From positions 110,971-174,970 of the forward strand of contig MEZH01000007.1 in the NCBI GenBank assembly GCA_001775995.1: a stretch of 64,000 nt of DNA. Direction: 5' to 3'. Shown here in pieces: positions 56,552 to 64,000 of this stretch. The notes below the pieces were generated by a model. The model was given only the letters and a program-made list of their open reading frames with translations. It was not told the DNA's origin and did not search any database. The first letter of the stretch is position 1. Every line of letters starts with the position of its first letter. The position numbers and the translations under genes were made by a program. This stretch comes from Candidatus Bathyarchaeota archaeon RBG_16_48_13 (GTDB lineage Archaea > Thermoproteota > Bathyarchaeia > RBG-16-48-13).

Positions 56552-57496
56552 TTAAATCTTTTCGACACCAATCTTTGTGCGTAATACTTCAAATCCAGCA
56601 TCCTCAATTGCCTTTGCAACTTTGTCCTGGAGCTTTTTTGTCGGCGTCAGAGCTGTCATGCAGCCTCCACCACCGCCACCTGTTACCTTTGCTCCAAAGG
56701 AGCCTTCTTTCCTAGCTAAATTGACCAGAAAATCCAGTTCCTTGCAGGATACACCAATCTCTTGGAGCAGGCGGTGATTCTCGTTCATTAGAGTCCCTAC
56801 TTGCATCATATCAAACTCCTCGAGGGCTTTTCTTCCCGAAAATGCTAAGTCTTCAGCATTTTTGAATAGGGGATCATATTTTCTCGGATTGCTTTTTTTT
56901 CTCGTTGCCACACCAGCAACCATTTCTTTGGTGTTAGCGACGATTCCCGTGTTGCCTATGATGATTTCAACCGGTCTTCTAATGCTTATTCTTTCGATGG
57001 TGTTCGGACCCTCCTCCATATTCTTCCTAAACCATAGTAGGCCGCCATAGGTTGCGGCCGTATTGTCAATTCCTGAAGGAGTTCCTGCGTAGGCTTTTTC
57101 AGCCTCATACGCAATCTCGTTGATCCTTTCATCGGATAGATCTTTTCCAAATTCTCCTGCAATGGCGCGGGCAATCGCAACACTACTTGCTGCAGAGGCC
57201 CCAAGCCCGCTGAAACCTGGAAGATTTCCCCCTAAAGAGATATTCAATGAAACCGTTTTTGGGTCAATCTCCATCGCCTCCAGTATTCTTTCTATAGACT
57301 CGAGCTGTTGAAGCTTTTTTTCTTCGGCGTAACACTTTGCGCCTTTGCGCCTATCCTTTATAGTAATCCCTTTTCCAGTCCTACGCACTTCCGCGTCAGC
57401 AGTTGAATCAATCGCAGAGACAATTCCCGGAACGCCGTGAACTACAAAATGTTCTCCAAATAGAATGACCTTGCCAAAGCCTGACCCTCTTCTCAT
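56552..57496 (-). CDS. mvk: Mevalonate kinase
   Basis: GKVILFGEH, GLGASAA, PSGID, AKVTGGGGGGC. Confidence 0.93.
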   Translation of the reverse strand: MRRGSGFGKVILFGEHFVVHGVPGIVSAIDSTADAEVRRTGKGITIKDRRKGAKCYAEEKKLQQLESIERILEAMEIDPKTVSLNISLGGNLPGFSGLGASAASSVAIARAIAGEFGKDLSDERINEIAYEAEKAYAGTPSGIDNTAATYGGLLWFRKNMEEGPNTIERISIRRPVEIIIGNTGIVANTKEMVAGVATRKKSNPRKYDPLFKNAEDLAFSGRKALEEFDMMQVGTLMNENHRLLQEIGVSCKELDFLVNLARKEGSFGAKVTGGGGGGCMTALTPTKKLQDKVAKAIEDAGFEVLRTKIGVEKI

Positions 57497-57836
57497 TCAA
57501 GCCACCCTGAAATGGTGACTATTGCTGAAATTGAATAAAAGTATTCGTTGCTAGGGAATGTAGCAATTTCAGTGCTTTTACCGTAGAAAACGGCATCTAC
57601 TCAAAACAAATAAGTATGCATTATCTTGAAAATACTGCCGAAAGGCAAAGGCCCAAAGGTCGTGCGAAGGTGCCAGAGCTACTGACCCAAGCAAGGGCAA
57701 TCGTTCAAGCTGATTGATAACATGACGTTGCAGGGTTCTTTCATTCGCTAGATGGTAGATCCATCTCGATTGCCAATTTTCGGGTATCAGAGGGACTTCG
57801 ATAGATGAATCCGTAAGAGCTGGATAGGGACCGATT

Positions 57837-58535
57837 TCACTCCATATCCGGTTCGGCCGTTACACCTACGTCAGCCAATTTCGTCTCAAAATCGTCTATC
57901 GTGGCAGTAATGTTGGCGTCCTGTTGGAGTTCGCCCCTTTCACGAAGTATTTGGCGGGCCAAAAGCCAATATACAGTCGCCAAGGCTCTTCTGCCTTTGT
58001 TGTTGGCAGGTATTACGTAATCTACCCCAGAAAAATCGTTCTCCGTATCACAGATTGCAACTATAGGTTTGCCCACGAGTATGCCTTCTTTCACTGCCTG
58101 TCTGTCGGCCTTCGGGTCGGTCACGATTATTACTTGAGGCTCTACATATGTAGGATAAGCTGGATTTGAAAAGACACCGGGCATGAAACGACCAATTATC
58201 GAACGGGTACCTACAGTTTCGCAGAATTTCTTCACCGGAGTCTTCCCATATAGTCTAGCTGATATAACTACAACTTCGGAAGGGTTGAATTGGGCAATAA
58301 ACTTGGCTGCAATCTTGATCCTTTCATCAGTCTTCTTAACGTCCAACACGTATAGTCCGTCCGGACGAATCCTATAAATGAAGGGTTCCATATCAGAGGT
58401 TTTTATCCGAGTTCCTATATGGATGCCCGCTGACAGAAGTACATCTATCGGAAGAAGAAGGGATACTCCTTCAGCCAATGCCTCTTCTTCGGTTTTCTCA
58501 ACATTCGGAACGGTTTTTTCTTCGCCATTCGACAT
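57837..58535 (-). CDS. rps2: 30S ribosomal protein S2
   Basis: SAGIHIGT, GRFMPG, PANNKGR. Confidence 0.97.
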   Translation of the reverse strand: MSNGEEKTVPNVEKTEEEALAEGVSLLLPIDVLLSAGIHIGTRIKTSDMEPFIYRIRPDGLYVLDVKKTDERIKIAAKFIAQFNPSEVVVISARLYGKTPVKKFCETVGTRSIIGRFMPGVFSNPAYPTYVEPQVIIVTDPKADRQAVKEGILVGKPIVAICDTENDFSGVDYVIPANNKGRRALATVYWLLARQILRERGELQQDANITATIDDFETKLADVGVTAEPDME

Positions 58536-58547
58536 TATCTAGACCCT

Positions 58548-59810
58548 CTACATGTATTCTCTGAAATCGCAAATTCTCGCTCGCTTACCCAACAGCTTCT
58601 CGATCCTAACCAGCTCATTCACTTTTGTGGCTCGCTCCCCGCCTACAACGCCGAGTTTGATCAGTGGGGTTCCAAAAGCTACGGCAATATGTGTCAAGTG
58701 ACTGTCATTAGTTTCTCCTGATCGGTGGGATGCAACAGGAATGAATCCATGGCGTTTTGCCATTTTGGTTGTCTTAAAGGCATCTGTTAGTGTACCAATC
58801 TGATTTGGTTTTATGATTATGGCATTTCCTGAACCCTTTTCGATCCCTCGAAGAAGTCGGCTAACGTTAGACGTATAGAGATCATCTCCGCAGATTAGAC
58901 AATCCTTGGTTTTCCGCGTGAGCTCAGCAAAACCGCCAAAGTCTTCTTCGTGAAGTGGATCTTCGGCGTACACCAGTTTGTATTCTCTTATCAGATTCTG
59001 GATGAAATCTATCTGTTCCTCTTCGGTAAATTTTTTGCCATCTCTTGGGTACAAGTATTTTCTTTGATGAGGGTCCCAAAGGGAAGAAGCCGCCACATCC
59101 ACGCCCATTCCAATCTTCATTCCAGATTCTTCCGATACAGAGGCGCAAGCATCAGAGACTATGCTTAATGCTTCTTCGTTGTCAATGTTTGGGGCCCATC
59201 CTCCTTCGTCGCCCTTCCCGCCAGTGAAGTTGGAGTCTCTTTTTCCTAGAATCACTCCCACCTTCCTATGGACATCTATATTGGCCATAGCCGCATCTAG
59301 AAATGAAGGCGCGTTTAGAGTTACAACCAGGATCTCTTGTATGTCTGGAGCCTTCTTGCCAGCATGTTTCCCACCGCCTAATACGTTGCCTAAGGGTTGT
59401 GGCAGATCCGTAACCAGAGATCCAGAAAGGTGATAAAAAAGGGGCATTTCGATGGAATTTGCGGCAGCAGATGCTGCCGCAACTGATATGGCATAGGCTG
59501 TATTCCCACCTATCCTACTGAAGTCAGTTGTGCCATCGACATCGTGTAGGGTTTGGTCGATGAGTTCTTGTTCATCAGCATCCTTTCCAAGTAAGGCAGG
59601 GGCCACGATCTTTTCGACTTGGTCTATCGCTCCTTGGACACTGTTATTAGGATAAGATTTGACCTCGAACTTCCCTTTGCTAGCTCCCGAAGGCGCTGAA
59701 GCTATTCCCAATCCCCCCTCAGTGGATATGGTTGCTTCAAGTGTAGGCTCGCCTCGACCATTGAATATCATCTGAGCTCTCACATCGAAGATCTTGGTAA
59801 GAGAATTCAT
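58548..59810 (-). CDS. eno: Enolase
   Basis: PSGAS, GDEGG, EDP, GDDL, KPNQIGT, SHRSGET. Confidence 0.96.
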   Translation of the reverse strand: MNSLTKIFDVRAQMIFNGRGEPTLEATISTEGGLGIASAPSGASKGKFEVKSYPNNSVQGAIDQVEKIVAPALLGKDADEQELIDQTLHDVDGTTDFSRIGGNTAYAISVAAASAAANSIEMPLFYHLSGSLVTDLPQPLGNVLGGGKHAGKKAPDIQEILVVTLNAPSFLDAAMANIDVHRKVGVILGKRDSNFTGGKGDEGGWAPNIDNEEALSIVSDACASVSEESGMKIGMGVDVAASSLWDPHQRKYLYPRDGKKFTEEEQIDFIQNLIREYKLVYAEDPLHEEDFGGFAELTRKTKDCLICGDDLYTSNVSRLLRGIEKGSGNAIIIKPNQIGTLTDAFKTTKMAKRHGFIPVASHRSGETNDSHLTHIAVAFGTPLIKLGVVGGERATKVNELVRIEKLLGKRARICDFREYM

Positions 59811-60037
59811 TGAAGTTCCCTTTCGATCTTCTTCGCTCTTGCTGCTTCAGGGAATTTCAATAGCTCATCCACTAACTCGACATGAGCGAGAAGCATCCTT
59901 CTGCAACAATAGCGTTTCAGGCCAATATCTTCGAAGACTTTCTGAGGATCTTCGCCCGAGTCCACTCGACTCTTGAACTCGTCCCATTTGTCAGCAACGA
60001 GGTTTCCGCAGGTAAAACATCTAATGGGTATGATCAC
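59807..60037 (-). CDS. rpoN: RNA polymerase subunit Rpo10 (N)
   Basis: [17 protein letters not shown]; GTG 60037 after GAGGT. Confidence 0.97.
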   Translation of the reverse strand: MIIPIRCFTCGNLVADKWDEFKSRVDSGEDPQKVFEDIGLKRYCCRRMLLAHVELVDELLKFPEAARAKKIERELQ

Positions 60038-60047
60038 CGCAATACCT

Positions 60048-60461
60048 CTATCTATAGGATTTCTGTTTTCTTCGTCTGGCTCCGGGTCCACCGAATTTCT
60101 TGGGTTCGATTCTTCGAGGGTCTCCTGCCAACATTGTCCTATCGTAGCTCAGGAAGCTTTCTTTCACCGCTGAACTCTTAGTCCACTCTACGATTCCTCT
60201 AGCGATGGCCATTCTTGCCGCCTCTGCTTGCCCCATAAACCCTCCGCCTTCGACATTTACGTCTATGTTGAGATTCTTCCAAGCTTCGCCCGACAGCATT
60301 AATGGCTCCACAATCTTGGATTTAGCCAAGGCAGGCTGATATATCTCCGCAGGTATTCCGTTTATTCTTATTCTTCCGGTTCCAATCTTTAGCGTAGCCC
60401 TCGCAATAGCAGCTTTTCTCTTTCCGCTCGTTAGGATCACTCGTTTTTTCTGAGTAGGCAT
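60048..60461 (-). CDS. rps9: 30S ribosomal protein S9
   Basis: [18 protein letters not shown]. Confidence 0.97.
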   Translation of the reverse strand: MPTQKKRVILTSGKRKAAIARATLKIGTGRIRINGIPAEIYQPALAKSKIVEPLMLSGEAWKNLNIDVNVEGGGFMGQAEAARMAIARGIVEWTKSSAVKESFLSYDRTMLAGDPRRIEPKKFGGPGARRRKQKSYR

Positions 60462-60470
60462 AGAATCACC

Positions 60471-60914
60471 TTATTCTCTCCAGCTCAATTCCCGGGAAAG
60501 ATTACCCACGGTCATATGAGGCTTGTTGATGTCGGTCAGTTTCGCTTCAGGTATTGTCATGCAAGTTTGTTCTTCGAATTCCTTCGGTCTGCCCACATAG
60601 ACACGTAGCCTTCTGTAGGCTTCCCTTCCTCGGGATTTCTTCCAAGGGAGCATTCCTCTTATTGCTCTTCTTATTATCCTATCTGGAGTTCTGTAGTGGA
60701 ACGGCCCTCGCCAAGGTGTAGCATGAGTTATGATCTTCATGCTTTCCTTCTTGGAATTGATTATGTATCTTTTGCCACCCGAAATGACAACCTTCTCAGC
60801 GTTTATCATGACTACAGTCTCGCCTGAAAGAAGGAGCTTAGCTATGTATGTAGCAGCTCTACCCAGGATTAAACCGTCCCCATCGATTCCGGTAATCTTG
60901 ATGTTGTCCGTCAT
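60471..60914 (-). CDS. rpl13: 50S ribosomal protein L13
   Basis: LILGRAA, NAEK, RGMLPWK. Confidence 0.96.
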   Translation of the reverse strand: MTDNIKITGIDGDGLILGRAATYIAKLLLSGETVVMINAEKVVISGGKRYIINSKKESMKIITHATPWRGPFHYRTPDRIIRRAIRGMLPWKKSRGREAYRRLRVYVGRPKEFEEQTCMTIPEAKLTDINKPHMTVGNLSRELSWRE

Positions 60915-60921
60915 GTAAAGT

Positions 60922-61284
60922 TCAACCTATGATTTTTATGTCTGAGTCACTTTGCTTCAGCGCGAAAAGCTCCGGGAGGGTGTAACATCTGCCTCCGGAT
61001 TCCAGAATCTTTCTGGTGGCTTCTGTAGAAAAGGAGAGAGCCCCGATTGTAACTGGATGATTTAGAGCACCTGCCCCTAGCACCTTACCTGGCACCACGA
61101 CAGTCTCGCCATCTTTTGAAAATCTATTGATCCTGTTCAGATTGATTGCGCGACGGCTTCGTTTAGATTTGTTGATCTGGTCTGCGATCACAAGCCATAG
61201 ATTGGAGTCTGTCTCCTTGGCTGCTTTTTTCAAGAACCGAATTAGTTCTCTCAGTTCCTGACTCTCAAACTCACTTCGGGTCAT
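60922..61284 (-). CDS. rpl18e: 50S ribosomal protein L18e
   Basis: INLNRINR, VVPGKVLG. Confidence 0.95.
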   Translation of the reverse strand: MTRSEFESQELRELIRFLKKAAKETDSNLWLVIADQINKSKRSRRAINLNRINRFSKDGETVVVPGKVLGAGALNHPVTIGALSFSTEATRKILESGGRCYTLPELFALKQSDSDIKIIG

Positions 61285-62102
61285 TCTGGGTCCTCCTTGA
61301 GGGAAAGCAAATCCACAAAATCCTCGGATTTCTTCGCTAGAATCCTTGAGGCTTCGGTTAGGAGTCGCTCCATCGAAAGACTACCGTTTGACTCTATCTG
61401 GAATATAAAGACATTCTGTTCCGGTTCTACCTCAATTCCTGCCACTTCTTTCGGGCATGACTTTACACAATCGCCGCAAAGGTCGCAAACAACAACGTTT
61501 TCAATCAAAAGTTTCTTGCCCTTGACCTGCAAAACTCTCTTTGAGCAAGCTTCCACGCACTCACCACAGGCATCACACGTTTTGGTGTTGACCGATATCT
61601 TAGGATAGTAACGGTATGTGCAAGCTGAAACTGGTTGCCATTTTGCATAATCCTTTCCTATGCCAAGTTGCGCATATGCCTCCAATTTGACCTTCTGGTC
61701 AGAGGCAAGTTTCAGTATTGGAATCTCCCCCGAAACCGGAATTATGCCAGGATTATCAGATTTCAATTCGTTTGAGTATACGGTTCTTACACCTTCTGTG
61801 GCCTCAACATCGAAAGTCATGGTGACCCTACACTTGGAGCAACCAAGCTCACTCTTACAGGTACAGTCTTTCGGTAGAACGTAAGAATCCAGATCAGTCT
61901 TGAGAGGGATCAACCCTAGTCGATGAGCTAGCATTTCATCATACATGGATGAGGTGTTCTCTATGATGATTACATGGTCAATTGCCATCACCGGGACTTC
62001 CGAGATCATTATTCTTCTAAGGGCATTTACGAAGGCCGTAGGAACACCACGAAGAACTAGCAGTACGGATGTCTCCGTTTTTTGTAGGATTTCTATTTCC
62101 AA
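61281..62102 (-). CDS. rpoD: RNA polymerase subunit Rpo3 (D) with ferredoxin-like insert
   Basis: NALRR, DEMLAHRLGLIPL, AKWQP; CDACGECVEAC and CDLCGDCVKSC. Confidence 0.97.
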   Translation of the reverse strand: MEIEILQKTETSVLLVLRGVPTAFVNALRRIMISEVPVMAIDHVIIIENTSSMYDEMLAHRLGLIPLKTDLDSYVLPKDCTCKSELGCSKCRVTMTFDVEATEGVRTVYSNELKSDNPGIIPVSGEIPILKLASDQKVKLEAYAQLGIGKDYAKWQPVSACTYRYYPKISVNTKTCDACGECVEACSKRVLQVKGKKLLIENVVVCDLCGDCVKSCPKEVAGIEVEPEQNVFIFQIESNGSLSMERLLTEASRILAKKSEDFVDLLSLKEDPE

Positions 62103-62129
62103 GAATCTTATACCATCCCAAGTGGTTCG

Positions 62130-62528
62130 CTAGACCCTTCTTCCTCTTCTTCCGCCGGGTCTTCTTGTGCCATCGTGAGGAATTGGAGTTACTTCTTCTA
62201 TTCTACCTATTCTCAACCCGGCTCGAGCAAGAGCCCTGATAGCTGCTTGGGCGCCTGGCCCAGGTGTTTTCGGTCCAACTCCTCCAGGAGCTCTGACCTT
62301 GATATGGATGGCAGTAATTCCTTTGTCTTTGGCTATTTGGGAGGCGTGAGACGCTGCTTGCATTGCTGCATATGGGGATGATTCGAAACGATCGGCTTTG
62401 ACGAACATGCCGCCTGAGCATCTGGCGATAGTCTCAGCCCCAGTAATATCAGTCATGTGTATTATGGTGTTATTGTAGGAACTGAAAACGTGGGCCACGG
62501 CCCACTTCTCTTGTTTTTTCTCAGCCAA
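62130..62528 (-). CDS. rps11: 30S ribosomal protein S11
   Basis: [26 protein letters not shown]. Confidence 0.98.
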   Translation of the reverse strand: MAEKKQEKWAVAHVFSSYNNTIIHMTDITGAETIARCSGGMFVKADRFESSPYAAMQAASHASQIAKDKGITAIHIKVRAPGGVGPKTPGPGAQAAIRALARAGLRIGRIEEVTPIPHDGTRRPGGRRGRRV

Positions 62529-62534
62529 CTCGAA

Positions 62535-63107
62535 TTACCTCCTGCGAAAACGTTCTCTCTCCATTCTGGGCGGGGCAGGTGCAGGCCGGACCCTTGGGGC
62601 CACGTGAATAGGATGTTCAGGTGCCCTCAACCGACTTAAGGAGCTGTAAGCCACGGCCTTCTCATCTTCCTTTGAAACAAGATAACTCGGAGAGGTTACT
62701 ACTTTGCGCCCTATGCTTATATGCCCGTGATTTATCAGCTGCCGAGACTGATTCAATGATATGGCCAACCCAAGTTTGAAGACTTGGGTTTGGAGCCTCC
62801 TTTCCAGAATGTTTTCCAAGGTGAGATCAAGGACGTTGTCGAGTGTTGCGTTTTCTGGAACAATCGCCAGATTGCCAAGCCTACCTAGAAGCTCTCCCTC
62901 GGAGTTCTTCCGATCCTCGGGAGATTTTGATAGAAGGGATCGGGCTTTTTCTCTGAATTGTGAGAGAGCTGTTCGATGGCGCCATATCTCTCTTTTGTTT
63001 CTCAGACCGAATTCTCCGAGGGTTCTGAGATCGGTGTCCAGAAGGTCTTTGCGCCATCTATATCTTGGAGTTACGAATTTCTTTCTTTGTTTCTTAGGGT
63101 CGCCCAA
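62535..63107 (-). CDS. rps4: 30S ribosomal protein S4
   Basis: MGDP, GLRNKREIW, LERRLQT, HGHI. Confidence 0.97.
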   Translation of the reverse strand: MGDPKKQRKKFVTPRYRWRKDLLDTDLRTLGEFGLRNKREIWRHRTALSQFREKARSLLSKSPEDRKNSEGELLGRLGNLAIVPENATLDNVLDLTLENILERRLQTQVFKLGLAISLNQSRQLINHGHISIGRKVVTSPSYLVSKEDEKAVAYSSLSRLRAPEHPIHVAPRVRPAPAPPRMERERFRRR

Positions 63108-63110
63108 ATC

Positions 63111-63611
63111 CTACTCTCCCTTCTTTGCTTCTTTTCCGCCCTCTCTTGCCAGAGCGGCCGTCTTGAGCATTTGCTTCTTGACGCCTACGACCCTTCCAGA
63201 TCTTCCAGTGGTCTTGGTTCTCTGACCCCTGACCTTGAGCCCGAGAGAATGGCGAATGCCCTTCCAACTTTTCATGTTTTTCATAAAGTCTATGTCAGAT
63301 TTAAGCCGCAGAGTAAGGTCCGGGCCTATCAGATGAATATTATGGCCAGTCTCAAGATCCTTACGACGATTCACCAGAAAAGCAGGAATCCCTTTATCAG
63401 TAGGATTTCGCAAGAATTCCTCAATTTTCTCAATATTATCTTCTGTCAGGTACCCCAATCGCATGTTAGGGTCCAGACCCATCGATTTCAGTGATGCTTG
63501 GGCCAGATTAACATTTACTCCTTTAACTCTACTCAGACCGTAGAGGAGTTTTCTGGAACCATCCAAGTCAGTTCCAAAGATGCGTACTATATGACGATAA
63601 GATTCAGACAC
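63111..63611 (-). CDS. rps13: 30S ribosomal protein S13
   Basis: YRHIVRIFGTDLDG, GLKVRGQRT; start moved to GTG 63611. Confidence 0.97.
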   Translation of the reverse strand: MSESYRHIVRIFGTDLDGSRKLLYGLSRVKGVNVNLAQASLKSMGLDPNMRLGYLTEDNIEKIEEFLRNPTDKGIPAFLVNRRKDLETGHNIHLIGPDLTLRLKSDIDFMKNMKSWKGIRHSLGLKVRGQRTKTTGRSGRVVGVKKQMLKTAALAREGGKEAKKGE

Positions 63612-63812
63612 TGAGAACCTGCTCCTTCTCCTATATGCCATCCCTGTTTTATATATTGCCTGTCTTTCGCGTGCAGAGATAACGAGTTTCATCAGCCTCA
63701 TATTAAAGTTATCGCCAAAGTGACCATTCGGAAAGCGCTTTTGACTGGGCATTCAGAACATACGAATATTATGATATGTCAGGTCGAGCTCACATATGGC
63801 ACTCGAATGGTT

Positions 63813-63920
63813 TGGCGCCGGGAGTGGGATTTGAACCCACGTGCCCCGGAGGGGGCACAGGCTTTCCAGGCTTGAGCTGTTAACTTTTATCTGCTCCCTA
63901 CCAGACTAGGAGACCCCGGC
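63813..63920 (-). tRNA. tRNA-Ser(GGA) with a 19-nt non-canonical intron at 29/30 (63872-63890), CCA encoded
   Basis: Acceptor GCCGGGG/TCCCGGC, long variable arm, anticodon GGA at 63865-63867; stem CAGGC/GCCTG restored after splicing; central helix GAGC/GCTC. Confidence 0.9.
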
Positions 63921-64000
63921 ATGTATTAGTTACTAGTTCTCAACTTTCCTCTCAGGACCAAGTATTTCTGGGTTTCCGAAGATCTTCGTCGGCGGTTTTG

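Noticed and set aside
57621-57720. SAM-I riboswitch resemblance (TTATC...GGCCC...AAGGTGCCA...GATAA)
   Set aside because: It lies on the + strand with no + gene downstream and lacks the GCAACC and GAGGGA core elements.
63612-63752. 47-aa N-terminal extension of S13 in the ORF track
   Set aside because: GTG 63611 has a purine-rich SD and gives the normal S13 N-terminus; the extension is probably chance read-through of the tRNA-S13 spacer.
1-64000. Mobile elements, CRISPR arrays, rRNA, in-frame Sec/Pyl read-through
   Set aside because: No transposase, integrase, repeat-spacer array, rRNA-like segment or interrupted conserved gene was recognised by eye.

Overview
Core-genome window of an anaerobic TACK-type archaeon, most consistent with Bathyarchaeia. 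The taxon is inferred from gene content: histone, SmAP3, separate Kae1 and Bud32, corrinoid methyltransferase parts, ADP-forming acyl-CoA synthetase and non-canonical tRNA introns. It holds about 70 CDS: redox, Mo/W-cofactor and corrinoid genes (1-13 kb); gluconeogenesis and RLI (13-20 kb); tRNA-modification, repair and amino-acid genes (20-38 kb); a shuffled translation superoperon (35-49 kb); gltX plus an archaeal mevalonate/isoprenoid cluster (49-57.5 kb); and the tRNA-Ser-S13-S4-S11-rpoD-L18e-L13-S9-rpoN-eno-S2 operon (57.8-64 kb). No CRISPR array, transposase or integrase was seen. Most notable: (1) gltX and rdgB have conserved N-termini upstream of any ATG/GTG/TTG, and both have an SD-spaced ACG there; (2) a SerK-like serine kinase is co-transcribed with a GG-ended sulfur-carrier Ubl, a PfkB kinase and cgi121; (3) an unannotated 22-aa acidic micropeptide ORF with a strong SD lies upstream of RLI; (4) both tRNAs carry non-canonical introns (59/60 and 29/30). 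All calls come from motif recognition by eye; no searches were run.
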